A DNA stretch of 64,000 bases from an uncultured Bacteriovoracaceae bacterium (GCA_964407615.1 CAYOWH010000002.1:3472-67471), one strand, 5' to 3'; shown: positions 20,750 through 31,790, numbered from the stretch's first letter. The notes: generated by a model from the sequence alone, not told the origin. Translations and numbers: made by a program.

Positions 20750-22105
20750 TTATCCGAATACAGGTTGGGGAACTCTTACTTGAGCAGATTTTGGAGCAGG
20801 TGATGGGGTCGATCTTTCCTGTAAAGTTTGTTCTATAGTAGAACCATTATTGGTACCCCTATTGCTTCTTGTGCTTTGAACTTGAGTCGTGTTTGCGTCA
20901 GGCTTATCTGCCGTTTTATCACCAGTTATAGCATTTCCTCTTTCATTAGCCAAATTAGACATTCCATCATAAAACTCAGGTATCATAAAATTATTAACTT
21001 CTTTTGTTAAAGATTTTAATGTTATATTAACCTCATATGCATCAGGAACTATAATTGATTTTCCACCATCAGATCCTAAAATTCTCTGTGTTCCTTTGTA
21101 ATTTACAGTTACATTTTGTATGTAAACATAAGGATAAAATCCTCTTCCCGGTATAGTGCATTCGTATATGCATGGTGGATCGACTAATAATCTATTATGT
21201 CTGTGTGGTGTATTCTGTATTATTAAAGTTTGCAAAAATATATTATTTTTAACAAACGCATCCTCGCTAATTGTGTTATATAAATAAAATTTAACATCAA
21301 ATTTAGGACCGTCCATGTCAAATCCGTAAAATTGAGTCCTTTGTACATAAGATCCCGGCTCAGTTAAACCTGTTATATTTAAATAATTTCCTATATTTTT
21401 CAAAACAGTAGCACCACCTTCTCCCATTAAATTTGCCATCGTATCATTTTTATCACTATCAGATGCAGTATCACTAAATTTATTTGATATATCATAATAC
21501 GTATTTGAATAATACGGAAATTTGTACCATCTATTTGTTTGTTTTCTTATGTAAAGGAATTTATACATTGAAGCTAAAGTTTGATCAGCCCATGCATCAG
21601 TAGTATTGTCTAATCCTGAAAAGAAATTCTCCATTGCTTTGTTTCCTTTTTCTATCCCTTTAGATATTTTATCACTTATGCCCCCAGCAGTTTTCTTCAA
21701 CCCCTCCATAAAGTTAGAAAACGCATTATCCTTCATGGTATCACTAGCTTTATTTGCCAATGCTGCCCCAAATTTTGCTAAAGATGATTTACTTGATTCT
21801 AATACATCAGGTATTAACATGGCATTAGTAATAAGCGATGCCATTTGGCTGTTAGCAGCTATTTTAAATTCTTGCAATAAAACATAAGGTATTTCATCTG
21901 CTATTTGAGATATATTAGAATTTGTCCAATCAAAACCTCTAATAATATCAAACATATGAAAATTACTACTATTATTAGTAGAAGATTTCAATCCATCGGC
22001 TTTCTGCAATCTCTGATTTATATTTTGAGTAGTCTCAATAATATCTTTATATTTATTATTTGAAGGAGGTTGCGGATCCTTTGGTGCTGGTTTTTTTAAT
22101 GCCAT
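20750..22105 (-). CDS. hypothetical baseplate protein (451 aa) with tail-tube-family-like C-terminus. Possible gp48/gp54-type tube initiator.
   Basis: C-terminal YPYVYIQNVTVNYKGTQRI...PDAYEVNITLKSL resembles the conserved end of T4 gp19/gp48/gp54. Immediately downstream of the tape-measure-like gene, as gp48/gp54 follow gp29 in T4. Confidence 0.35.
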   Translation of the reverse strand: MALKKPAPKDPQPPSNNKYKDIIETTQNINQRLQKADGLKSSTNNSSNFHMFDIIRGFDWTNSNISQIADEIPYVLLQEFKIAANSQMASLITNAMLIPDVLESSKSSLAKFGAALANKASDTMKDNAFSNFMEGLKKTAGGISDKISKGIEKGNKAMENFFSGLDNTTDAWADQTLASMYKFLYIRKQTNRWYKFPYYSNTYYDISNKFSDTASDSDKNDTMANLMGEGGATVLKNIGNYLNITGLTEPGSYVQRTQFYGFDMDGPKFDVKFYLYNTISEDAFVKNNIFLQTLIIQNTPHRHNRLLVDPPCIYECTIPGRGFYPYVYIQNVTVNYKGTQRILGSDGGKSIIVPDAYEVNITLKSLTKEVNNFMIPEFYDGMSNLANERGNAITGDKTADKPDANTTQVQSTRSNRGTNNGSTIEQTLQERSTPSPAPKSAQVRVPQPVFG

Positions 22106-22130
22106 TTAAATATTTATAATCAAAATATTA

Positions 22131-25100
22131 TTAAGACTCCGACATAGACGTTGCAGTAGAATTTATAGCATTTAACCAACCTTGTTTAGTCGAAAAAGTT
22201 GGTTTAGTAATTGTAGTACCCTGTGGATTAGGAGCCGAAGCTATAAGATTAGAACTATTATCTGATATTTTATTAGCTATAACTAATAACAATCTTCCGT
22301 TTTCTTGTAATTGCTCAAGCTGAGAACTTTGTATACTTATTTCTTGTTTTTGCAATTCTAATAATTTTTCTTGAATCCCAGTTTGGGTGTCAAATGAAAA
22401 TTTAATTTTTTCTTCTAAATTTATTTCTTTAGTTAACTTTCCAAAATCAGAATAAACTTTATTAAAATTGCCTAATCCAGAAGTTAAAGTAGCTAATGGT
22501 ATTATAACATTTTTAATTTGACCTATTAAGTTGGTGAAATTAATTTCATCAGAACTTAATGCTACTAATCCTTCTGAAAATATTGTTAAAGACAATCCTA
22601 ATTCCGCTATTTTAGCGGAATCTATCGTTTCAAATCCTTTTATAAATGTCATTAAAGTAAAATTCTTAATTACATCTAATATTGAAACAGATTTACTATA
22701 CATCGCTGAGAGTAAATCTCTAATTCCAAAACTTAAATCTGATAAAGAATATGCTACGCTACTAATTGTAGCATAATTTATTAAATTAAATTTTTGCACA
22801 CCTTGAATTAAATTATCTATCAATTTATTATCAAAGTTTTTTAAATCGGACACACCTTTAATATAAATCATCAAACCACTTCCCAAAGAAGTTAATCCTT
22901 TACCAACAAAAGACAAATTTGATGCATCTACTTTATTAAAAACTGATATTCCTTCAGCTAAAGTACCCATTAACTCTAACATTCTAGAAATCATCGGACC
23001 TGCCTTCATTAAAGCAAACATTTTTCCCAAAAATCCTTCACTTAAATTTGATATAAACTTCATGAAGTCATTCAAAGCTAAATTTACCTCTTCTATGTTT
23101 ATTCGTATATTCTCCCAATTAAATCCGACTGCAAATGTTTGCATACCATTTGCTAAAACATTTAATATATGCATCATTGTTGTAATTGGAATGACGCTAG
23201 CCAAAATAAAAGGTAGTGCCAATCCCAAAACCGTACCCAACTTTGTCAACATCCAACCAAAACTAAATATAGTGTCATAAGATTTTTTTAAATTTTCATT
23301 CACCAATTCCCAATCTATCGAATCCGCAAAACCTTTTATTCCAACAGATATTAAGTTCAATAAAACTAACAAAGGCATTATCAATACACCAGCAACTGCC
23401 ATTAATGGAGAAGCTATTGTAAATAAAAATGCAAATTTAGTTAACATCCATGCAAATGATGTTAACGTTCCCATAGATTTTTTTAAATTTTCATTTATTA
23501 AATCCCAATCATAATTTCCACTAAAAGCTTTCATCCCAACTGCCAATAATCCCATTATTATCAATAATGGAACCAATACGACACCTGCTATAGCAATAAA
23601 TGGCGAAGCCAATCCTAATATTCCACCAACAATTCCCATTAAAAATCCAAATTTCATAACCGCAAATGCGGATTGGACTATATTTGTTTGTATAACCTTC
23701 CAATCATAATCGCCAGACATAGATCTCATCGCCAACGACAACAAAATTAATATAAATGATATACCCATTATAACACTGCCACCAATCGCCAATAACACCG
23801 CCACAACAGGGTTTGCCACCAATGCGCCTATACCAGCCAATGCCAGCCCAAAAATCCCCACAGTGACCATAGACATGATTAATCCAACCATTATCTTACC
23901 CCACTGCATGTCAGCATATTGTTTAAGAGCAAAAGAAAGAGCAAAAAGCACTACGCTTATTAAACCGACAGTAATTGCTCCACCAATTAATTGGGCTTGT
24001 GGAATTTTAGATATTAAAAATATAACACCAACTACCGCACCTATAATAGAACCCATTTTTATAATAGATTCTAATATTTCAGCCCAAGGTGTTTCATAAA
24101 TAGATTTTAACATTGGAAGTAACACCATTCCCACTACTAATCCAAATGCCCCCAATCCTAAAGAACTTTTTATTACATCATTTGGTTTAATAGTGTTCAT
24201 CAAACGCATCAAACCATATATTGATAATATAATTGAACTTAATTTAAATAAACCTACTGTAAATGTTAACCAAGGCATTCTCGCCAATAAAATTAACATA
24301 GGTAATATAACAAAGGATATTACTAAAGAAAGTAATCCAAAAGAAATACTAGAATCTCTTAAATCGTTTGGTTTAACTTTTGACAATAAATGTACTACCA
24401 TTATTAATCCACTAAAAATAACTGCCATTTTAAGAATAGCATTCATGAATTGAACTATTGGCATTGCTGCAAAAGCGTATAATAATGGTAAAACTAAAAA
24501 TAATAATGTAGCTGAAAATAATGCAAATGATATTGATGCTGATTTTATATCAGATTGAATTTTAGCAAATTTTAAAAATGCAAATACAAATATTCCAACT
24601 GCTAAAGTGGCTTTTATCACGCCATCAACTTTAATATCAGAAGCTAATGACATTGCGGAAACAATAATATACACACCAGCAGCAAATGCTGCAAATCCTA
24701 CAAGATTTTTAAATAAATCCATCCCCCCACCACCACCAGAGCTTGATTTTGAAGTATTTAAAGCTATTTTATCCAATCTATCAATAGCTTCTAAACGTAT
24801 ATTTTTTAAAGTTTTTAAAATTTTCTCATTAACCTCTGTTAATGTATCGAAACCTAAAGCCAACCATCCTTCAATACTTTGAAGAGCATTATATTGTCTA
24901 CCAAGAGACATTATTTGCTGTTTATTATTAAGTCCTTTGTTTATAGAAGATAATATTTTTTCACTGACATCCGTCAAAGTTTCAAAACCTAATTGTAACC
25001 AAGTCTCTACATTTTCATAAAATTTATCACTTACACCTAAAACTTTTTTAAACTGTTCCCAGAAGAAATCAGCCTTCTTTCTTTCCAACTTTTCATCAAT

Positions 25101-25229
25101 TGAATTAACACCAGAAATAACATTAGGAAGATTTTTAGAAGTCTGACCTTTGTTTACCGAACCCCCAGATTTCTTAACTAAATCTTCTAATCCTTGTATT
25201 ATTTTGTTTAGTATTTCATTCTCTGACAC
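22131..25229 (-). CDS. tail tape-measure-like protein (1032 aa, T4 gp29 position), GTG start
   Basis: Very long protein with a Gly run, many hydrophobic helical segments and internal modules. NYDWDLINENLKKSMGTLTSFAWMLTKF and IDWELVNENLKKSYDTIFSFGWMLTKL are near-duplicates. Sits between tube and hub genes. Confidence 0.5.
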   Translation of the reverse strand: MSENEILNKIIQGLEDLVKKSGGSVNKGQTSKNLPNVISGVNSIDEKLERKKADFFWEQFKKVLGVSDKFYENVETWLQLGFETLTDVSEKILSSINKGLNNKQQIMSLGRQYNALQSIEGWLALGFDTLTEVNEKILKTLKNIRLEAIDRLDKIALNTSKSSSGGGGGMDLFKNLVGFAAFAAGVYIIVSAMSLASDIKVDGVIKATLAVGIFVFAFLKFAKIQSDIKSASISFALFSATLLFLVLPLLYAFAAMPIVQFMNAILKMAVIFSGLIMVVHLLSKVKPNDLRDSSISFGLLSLVISFVILPMLILLARMPWLTFTVGLFKLSSIILSIYGLMRLMNTIKPNDVIKSSLGLGAFGLVVGMVLLPMLKSIYETPWAEILESIIKMGSIIGAVVGVIFLISKIPQAQLIGGAITVGLISVVLFALSFALKQYADMQWGKIMVGLIMSMVTVGIFGLALAGIGALVANPVVAVLLAIGGSVIMGISFILILLSLAMRSMSGDYDWKVIQTNIVQSAFAVMKFGFLMGIVGGILGLASPFIAIAGVVLVPLLIIMGLLAVGMKAFSGNYDWDLINENLKKSMGTLTSFAWMLTKFAFLFTIASPLMAVAGVLIMPLLVLLNLISVGIKGFADSIDWELVNENLKKSYDTIFSFGWMLTKLGTVLGLALPFILASVIPITTMMHILNVLANGMQTFAVGFNWENIRINIEEVNLALNDFMKFISNLSEGFLGKMFALMKAGPMISRMLELMGTLAEGISVFNKVDASNLSFVGKGLTSLGSGLMIYIKGVSDLKNFDNKLIDNLIQGVQKFNLINYATISSVAYSLSDLSFGIRDLLSAMYSKSVSILDVIKNFTLMTFIKGFETIDSAKIAELGLSLTIFSEGLVALSSDEINFTNLIGQIKNVIIPLATLTSGLGNFNKVYSDFGKLTKEINLEEKIKFSFDTQTGIQEKLLELQKQEISIQSSQLEQLQENGRLLLVIANKISDNSSNLIASAPNPQGTTITKPTFSTKQGWLNAINSTATSMSES

Positions 25230-25254
25230 TAAAATATTTAATCATTTGATATTC

Positions 25255-26004
25255 TTATTCTTGATTAGCAAATAATCTAGCATCTATTGCAATAGTTACA
25301 CCATTAACTGTAGCATATTCCATCTCATCCTTTCTCAAAGATTCGATAAATTTTAAAATTTTATTATTAAATGTGACAGGAAAATTCTCGACAACAGAAA
25401 TTTTATCTTTTGGGGAAGTATTACTTAAATCCAATTCTAAATCACCAAGTATAACCTTTTTTAAAAACTTTGCAATTTCTCCAACATATACAATTCCTAC
25501 CGTATCAGATAATTCCACATCTTTTTTCCTTTTTAATTCAGAATATATGTATGAATTAAACTTATCATCATCCAATAATGATGGCACCTCAAGCTCTACA
25601 CTTAATTTATTCTCCTTATCTTCAATAGTTGCAGACATTTCAGATGAAAAGATTAATTTTCTACCCAAAATATCATTTAAATTTAAAGTATGCTCCTTAT
25701 CACCATCAGAAAAAGTAAATTTTTCTCCAAAAGATTGTTTTCTAAGTGATAAAATAATTGGAATTTTATCAGTAGCCAAAAAATCGTGTTTTTCTAAGCT
25801 ATTTTGAATAATAACATCTTTAATTATATTCGAAATAGATAATCCAGAAAGCTGTCCATCCAAACCAGTTTTCATCAAATCCTTTTGCTGCTTAACTGAT
25901 AACTGTTTAAATTGTAATTCCTTTTTGGCAGATGGAATATAAACAGATATCTTGGATGAATTGTTAATTTCTTGTAACTTGCTAATTAAACTTCCTGTAG
26001 ACAT
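25255..26004 (-). CDS. hypothetical protein (249 aa), tail assembly region
   Basis: ATG ORF between tube-fold genes and tape measure. Confidence 0.45.
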   Translation of the reverse strand: MSTGSLISKLQEINNSSKISVYIPSAKKELQFKQLSVKQQKDLMKTGLDGQLSGLSISNIIKDVIIQNSLEKHDFLATDKIPIILSLRKQSFGEKFTFSDGDKEHTLNLNDILGRKLIFSSEMSATIEDKENKLSVELEVPSLLDDDKFNSYIYSELKRKKDVELSDTVGIVYVGEIAKFLKKVILGDLELDLSNTSPKDKISVVENFPVTFNNKILKFIESLRKDEMEYATVNGVTIAIDARLFANQE

Positions 26005-26035
26005 ATACTATAATTTATCTGATTTACATCATTTA

Positions 26036-26968
26036 TCAATGAAATTTAGGTATGCTAGGCATAGAAGGCATGCTAGGCATTTTATAAGACTTATTAGCTT
26101 CTTCCTCACGTTTCATATCAGCATTATAAAAATTTATAAGATATCTACATTCTTCTGGAGTTATATTCATAAAGTTATTATAATCTAAATTTAATTTTTT
26201 AATCATACTATACATTAATTCATAATAACTTTTTAAATCTTCCGAAAATATATTTTTAATAAAATAAAATAATGTATTATCCAACAATCCCAAACCTATT
26301 CTTTTCATTCCATTATTTTTATTTTCAGATATAATAGCAATATCTTCAGATATACCAGAAATATATTTTATATAATTTAAAATATCTGTGGAAAATTTTG
26401 CAGGAATGTTTTCTATAAAATTATCTAGTTCTTCATTAGATAATTTTTTAATATCAAATTTTTCATCACCTATAGTAATTTCATCTATAACGTTTTTGTA
26501 AATATCATCAATATCTTCTAATAATAATTTTCTTGGTAAATTTAATTTAATTTTATAATTATCATCTTCTACATATTGTATAATATTATAATTTTTCATT
26601 TTATTAACAATATTATCTTTAGTATATGATAAAATTATACTAATAGAACCTTCTATTTCATCTGTAGTTGTTGTTATTTTATCACCTAAACTAATAATTC
26701 TAGCTTCTAATAAGATTAGAAATTTTTCATAATTATTAATTTCACTCAAAATACTATTATCTATTAATATTTCATTTAATAATAAATCAAAACATTCTAA
26801 TATTACTTTATTATTTTCTGTTTTTAAAAATTTTAAAATTTCAAAAAATAAAAGGTTTTTAATAGATTTAATTTTAACAGATTTTTTGGAATATGGCAAG
26901 CTTATTTCATTATAAAATTCCATTTTAGAAAATTTGATATGTGTATTTATTAAAATGCCACACAACAT
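26036..26968 (-). CDS. hypothetical protein (310 aa), tail assembly region
   Basis: ATG ORF. C-terminus MPSMPSMPSIPKFH. Overlaps the upstream gene by 44 nt. Confidence 0.45.
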   Translation of the reverse strand: MLCGILINTHIKFSKMEFYNEISLPYSKKSVKIKSIKNLLFFEILKFLKTENNKVILECFDLLLNEILIDNSILSEINNYEKFLILLEARIISLGDKITTTTDEIEGSISIILSYTKDNIVNKMKNYNIIQYVEDDNYKIKLNLPRKLLLEDIDDIYKNVIDEITIGDEKFDIKKLSNEELDNFIENIPAKFSTDILNYIKYISGISEDIAIISENKNNGMKRIGLGLLDNTLFYFIKNIFSEDLKSYYELMYSMIKKLNLDYNNFMNITPEECRYLINFYNADMKREEEANKSYKMPSMPSMPSIPKFH

Positions 26969-27587
26969 CTCTTACTATAGCCTTTTCACCATCATAATTT
27001 AAAGTATCAGCAGTCACTGATACCGGAACACATTTTTCGAAATTGTGTATCTTTCTAATTTGTCTGTTTTTAGTTATTTGAACAACTTGTATATCTCTTT
27101 TTATAGAAGGTTTACCTCCACCTTCCAATAATCCTCTATAAGATGCAGCAATAATCCAAGGACGTATTAAACCGTCTAGAAAATCTAAATTTGTCTCTAA
27201 AAATCCTATACTTATATTTCTTGTAGCATAAGATTTTCTGTTTTCGGCAAATAATCCGCCTAAAATACCATAAGAATTTTCATTTGAAGTCCCCACTTCA
27301 AAACTTTCATCAGGTAATTTAACAGTTTGTGCAAAAAATAATCCACCAGTATCATTTTCTACTGGTTGAACTTTTGAATTTGTTAAATTATTCAATATAC
27401 TATTAGATATGTAGAATTTATTTTTATCTACTTGAGTATATTTTTGAATTTCAGAAAATAATTGATCTTTGTTTTCGTCAAAAGAAATTCTCACTAACCA
27501 TTGCGTAGTAAGAGGGATATCGTAATCCCTCTTACTTAATAAATCTAAAAAATGATTTACTATTCCGCCTCTAACTTCGATTGCCAT
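26925..27587 (-). CDS. tail-tube-family protein (220 aa)
   Basis: C-terminal VSVTADTLNYDGEKAIVRDVVWHFNKYTYQIF resembles the T4 gp19 C-terminus. Adjacent to the other tube-fold gene. Confidence 0.4.
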   Translation of the reverse strand: MAIEVRGGIVNHFLDLLSKRDYDIPLTTQWLVRISFDENKDQLFSEIQKYTQVDKNKFYISNSILNNLTNSKVQPVENDTGGLFFAQTVKLPDESFEVGTSNENSYGILGGLFAENRKSYATRNISIGFLETNLDFLDGLIRPWIIAASYRGLLEGGGKPSIKRDIQVVQITKNRQIRKIHNFEKCVPVSVTADTLNYDGEKAIVRDVVWHFNKYTYQIF

Positions 27588-27590
27588 TCA

Positions 27591-28205
27591 TTATCTATTT
27601 ATTGGATTAGTAAATGCGTATACTTCCCCGCCTAATCTTCTTCTTTCGAAAAAGTGATATGCAATGGAAGCTGTGAAACTAACTACACTTCCACTACCTT
27701 CAGCAGTTTGATATGCTAAATCGCCAACATTGCGTATACTACATCCAACTAATTTATATTGATAAATAGGATCTAATTTTTTATTCAATTGATTTAATAG
27801 TATATAAGAATTTCTATTAGCAATTGTACCCAACCCATCAGATCCAGTCCCAGCAAGACCAAATTGATTTCCGAATGTTCTAGTAGATTCATTCATTAAT
27901 TTTTCTCTCAAGAATGAAGATTCTGAACAATAAAATTCAATTTCATATCCATCTGCACCGGGGAAAGTTACAGCAGCAGGCATATTAAAAGTTTGCCCAG
28001 CATATTTTACTTCGGTATTTCCAATTACTCTTCCGGGCAATTTTCCAGTTTTAGCGAATACTAAATCATCTCTACCCAAAACTAATCTATCATCACCAAC
28101 TCCATCAATGTTGATATTTATAATTCTGAATAAAAAATCCCTACTAAAATCTTGCTCAACGGCTTTTATTAAGAAGTTATTAATTGTATTAGTGCTTGAA
28201 TCCAT
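27591..28205 (-). CDS. tail tube protein, T4 gp19-like (204 aa)
   Basis: Immediately downstream of the sheath gene. N-terminal FSRDFLFRININIDG resembles T4 gp19 FARPNLFQVEISY. AGGAG Shine-Dalgarno about 15 nt upstream. Confidence 0.5.
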   Translation of the reverse strand: MDSSTNTINNFLIKAVEQDFSRDFLFRIININIDGVGDDRLVLGRDDLVFAKTGKLPGRVIGNTEVKYAGQTFNMPAAVTFPGADGYEIEFYCSESSFLREKLMNESTRTFGNQFGLAGTGSDGLGTIANRNSYILLNQLNKKLDPIYQYKLVGCSIRNVGDLAYQTAEGSGSVVSFTASIAYHFFERRRLGGEVYAFTNPINR

Positions 28206-28219
28206 ATATATTATTTAGT

Positions 28220-31195
28220 TTAGGCTCCTATTATTTCGTTGAAGTTAGTCCCTGTCGAAGTTGCGTAGAAGTTTACCAAAATAAACTCAGCAGTTCTTAC
28301 GGGTTTCAAATAGATATCAACAACCATTTCATTTTGATCTATGACAGATGGAGTATTGTTTCTAGTGTCACAGATGATTTGATAGTCATACAATCCTTGA
28401 GTATTCTTAGCTCTTTCAAAAATAGGTTCTAGTGTTGAAACTAATCTACTTCTAGTATAGACCGTGTTGGGTTCCATAATAAAATATTTCGTAGTTCTCT
28501 TTGTTGCTTTCTGTAAAAACAAGAATAATCTACGAACATTAATTCTATCAAAAGCACTAGGTTGTCTTAATAATGTTTTTTGTCCAAATATATTAAATCC
28601 ATCGTTAGGGAAGAATGTTACAGGATTTACTGAAATCTTATATAACATATCTCTTTCTTTTTGCTTTGGTGTAATCGCTAATGCTAATATATTTGTTATC
28701 TTCCCTCTAGTAAACCCAGCTGGTGCATACCAAGGTTCGAAATTTCTATCAACATTTGCAATATCTGCGGCAATATAACCTGACATTGGAATCCATGTTG
28801 GAACACCTGTGAAAAAGTCATTTAGCTTAACCCAATTTCCATATGTACAAGAATAACTTGAATTTGCTCCTGCAAATAAATGCTTTAACGGGTTATAAAT
28901 GTATTGCGAGAATGTTTTATTATGATCAGACAATGTTAATGTGTTTAAACCAGTAACAAATATATGTCTAAATGGATCCGCAATAAACATACAATCTCTA
29001 CGAAGTTGAGTAACAAAATTATCAAATACATTGAATACCGTATTATAATTTGCTACAATATCATATTTAGGCTCCGAAACAGTTGTTGGTTCATTTTTAG
29101 TAATTGAATTTAAACCTTGCAATAATCCTAATGTGTATTGAGTGTCATCATAATAATCGACCTCATTCGCACACACACTTGCGTGTATTGTACCCAATCC
29201 GCCTTCTAAAACTAAATCTAAATCAAAAATTTCATCATTTTCAATTTTTCTTAAAGTTCTATCAATTTTAAATGGAACGTTTCCTATTTCTTTTGCCGCA
29301 GCAGAATCTCCGGAATATGACCCATTACTAAATAATGCATCAGCAGTTTGGAAAAATGCTTTATAATAATTGGAAGATTTATTATTGACTACAGTATCAG
29401 AAACTCTTTGGAAATTTAAAGCATCTGCTAGTGTAATGGTGTTTCCATTCACTCCAAGAATTGTTGTAGTCATAGTTTTAGAATCATCAGAATTATGTTT
29501 GATTTCTAAAGTATCACCAACACTCCAACCTGTAGAAGATCTGACACTAATTGTAGTAGATCCGGAATTCGCTGTGGTAGAAATGGTAGTAGAATTTAAC
29601 TTCATTCCACTCCCACCAATCGTGTCAATTTGATTTTGAGCATTTAAAGATAAATCGTTTAAATGAAAACCTAATTGCGCATAATTATTTTCTTTAGAAT
29701 CAATTAAAGTTTTAATTTTAATATTAGATAATACTCTGAATTTCCTCTTAGGAACTCCATTCACATCTAAATTGCTATTAGCTCCATTCTTAAAGCTTAT
29801 ATTATCATTAACCATCACATTAACAACTGATGATTTGGATGTAGTTGACTCTAAAAAGAATGATTGAGCAGATCCTCCATTTTGATTATTCAAAACTCTG
29901 AATGAATCTACAGATCCTAAGAAACTTCCATCAGAAGCAAAGTCTAATTTTAATGCATCTGTAGTATAAGGACTTACTCTTAATTTGAATACGCCTAAAC
30001 ATAAAGTGTCGTCAAATTTATTAGTAGATATATCAGCAAATCCATAACCTATTCTCTCTAATCCTTCCGATATACTCTTGTTATTTCTTTGACCAACAGC
30101 ATCATTACTAGCTAATGGAAAATCCAACTTAGAAGTAGGTACTTTATAAGAAGGATTTAAAGAAGATCCTGTCATTAAAAAACCTTGAGAATTTACAGTA
30201 GTTCCTAAAGAATAAATTGATTGAACGCTTTCATGTGGACTATTTGGTTCAATATTAAAATTATCTGTTAATCCAATATAATGACCTTCGTATTTACTAT
30301 TGACAGTAGATTGTATTTTATTAACAACAATTAATCCCGCATATCCAAAATCAGCAATACTGTTAATTGCAGTTTCTGAAGAATTTAAAGGATTGCCATA
30401 AACATTTTTTCCTGTCATTGCCCATGTATAATTTGTATTAGTAAAGGCACTTTTGTCTAATACAGATCTATATTCATCCGAAGTTAATTCGAAAAATTTA
30501 GGAGCACCCAATAATAAAGTACCTTTAGTAGTGTTATAATTATACGTTACATTAGTATCATACCCTAAAACAATATCATCTACTGCGACTTTTAATTGAG
30601 CAGATAATGTAGGATTAGAGGATCCTACAGCTTGTCTATATGATTCGATAGCGGATTTTAATATTGTACCATCTGATTCTGAAAATTTATCATATACATT
30701 TAAACCATTTGCACTCAATGTCGCATATTTCGCCGATAATGAAGAAGAAGCATTTATAATTGTTAATTGTGTGGGTCCAAAATTAGAAAAATATGAACTT
30801 GGCATTTTAGCTACGTTTCTATACACAGAAACGTTTTCATTTTCCTCTACAGACATTACAGGATATACTAACGCACCATATTTAGATCCATACCCCTCAC
30901 CGACACCTTTACCATAAGGTAATCTGTTTACGAATAAATTTCCACTAGATCCATTTAATACTTGTCTAGCACTATAATAAAAATATCTTTCAGCAGGATT
31001 TGTTGGTATACCAAATACTTGTTCCAATTCTTCTACAGAAGTAATTTGAACGACTTCATCAGTTGGTCCTTTGTTGCAATATCCAGCTAAAAATATATTT
31101 GTTCCTGCTGGTATAACAGGTGATAACGTTAAATCGATTTCTCGTATTTCGACTCCGGGTGATTGTATAGTTCTTGCCATACTAATATTTAGCAT
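28220..31195 (-). CDS. tail sheath protein, T4 gp18-like (991 aa; start may be the internal ATG at 31180)
   Basis: N-terminal MARTIQSPGVEIREIDLT matches T4 gp18 MTLLSPGIELKETTV. Size and position between terminase and tube. Confidence 0.8.
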   Translation of the reverse strand: MLNISMARTIQSPGVEIREIDLTLSPVIPAGTNIFLAGYCNKGPTDEVVQITSVEELEQVFGIPTNPAERYFYYSARQVLNGSSGNLFVNRLPYGKGVGEGYGSKYGALVYPVMSVEENENVSVYRNVAKMPSSYFSNFGPTQLTIINASSSLSAKYATLSANGLNVYDKFSESDGTILKSAIESYRQAVGSSNPTLSAQLKVAVDDIVLGYDTNVTYNYNTTKGTLLLGAPKFFELTSDEYRSVLDKSAFTNTNYTWAMTGKNVYGNPLNSSETAINSIADFGYAGLIVVNKIQSTVNSKYEGHYIGLTDNFNIEPNSPHESVQSIYSLGTTVNSQGFLMTGSSLNPSYKVPTSKLDFPLASNDAVGQRNNKSISEGLERIGYGFADISTNKFDDTLCLGVFKLRVSPYTTDALKLDFASDGSFLGSVDSFRVLNNQNGGSAQSFFLESTTSKSSVVNVMVNDNISFKNGANSNLDVNGVPKRKFRVLSNIKIKTLIDSKENNYAQLGFHLNDLSLNAQNQIDTIGGSGMKLNSTTISTTANSGSTTISVRSSTGWSVGDTLEIKHNSDDSKTMTTTILGVNGNTITLADALNFQRVSDTVVNNKSSNYYKAFFQTADALFSNGSYSGDSAAAKEIGNVPFKIDRTLRKIENDEIFDLDLVLEGGLGTIHASVCANEVDYYDDTQYTLGLLQGLNSITKNEPTTVSEPKYDIVANYNTVFNVFDNFVTQLRRDCMFIADPFRHIFVTGLNTLTLSDHNKTFSQYIYNPLKHLFAGANSSYSCTYGNWVKLNDFFTGVPTWIPMSGYIAADIANVDRNFEPWYAPAGFTRGKITNILALAITPKQKERDMLYKISVNPVTFFPNDGFNIFGQKTLLRQPSAFDRINVRRLFLFLQKATKRTTKYFIMEPNTVYTRSRLVSTLEPIFERAKNTQGLYDYQIICDTRNNTPSVIDQNEMVVDIYLKPVRTAEFILVNFYATSTGTNFNEIIGA

Positions 31196-31211
31196 TTTTC
31201 AATACTAAATT

Positions 31212-31790
31212 TTAATATGATATTAAATTTGTTTCTATTCTACTAAAAACAAACTGAAAAGATGTGTCTAATTCTCTAGGTTCTCTATGCGAATAATTTA
31301 ATTCCGCCAAAGATATTGGAAATGCATTTTTGTAAACCCATTGTATAACAGGTTTTTCAAATTCGTCTAATGCTACTAATTTAAAATCAGAAGAATATCT
31401 TCCCAATCCAACATCATTCATCAACATATCACCCGAAAATATAGTAGATTTTTCATCCCTTAATATTTGAAGCCATTTATGTATGACCCAATAATTTTTA
31501 AATTCATTATCTATAGTAAAATTTATTGTAATTGGTTCATATGATGGTTTTGCATGAGAGGAAACATATATATTTGCTCCACCATATTTGACTTCAATTT
31601 GAGGTATCAATTCAGCAGGAACAACTGTTCCGTAAACTGAAAATTGCAAAGAATCGAACATTATTTTTTTTGAACTTTTATCATCTATTGTATTAATTCT
31701 TTTTAATTCAGTAGGTATACCCAATGTCAGAATAAATTTATCCGACCTAGATTTGTTTAGTAATGATTGTTTGAAAAAATTATCGCTCAT
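31212..31790 (-). CDS. tail-tube-family protein (192 aa) between terminase and sheath
   Basis: C-terminal AFPISLAELNYSHREPRELDTSFQFVFSRIE resembles T4 gp19 LWPTNVGELQLDWDSNNEIQTFEVTLALDYWE. Start overlaps the terminase stop region. Confidence 0.4.
   Translation of the reverse strand: MSDNFFKQSLLNKSRSDKFILTLGIPTELKRINTIDDKSSKKIMFDSLQFSVYGTVVPAELIPQIEVKYGGANIYVSSHAKPSYEPITINFTIDNEFKNYWVIHKWLQILRDEKSTIFSGDMLMNDVGLGRYSSDFKLVALDEFEKPVIQWVYKNAFPISLAELNYSHREPRELDTSFQFVFSRIETNLISY

Noticed and set aside
26036-26080. MPSMPSMPS tripeptide repeat at the C-terminus of the 310-aa protein
   Set aside because: Only three copies. Probably incidental low complexity.
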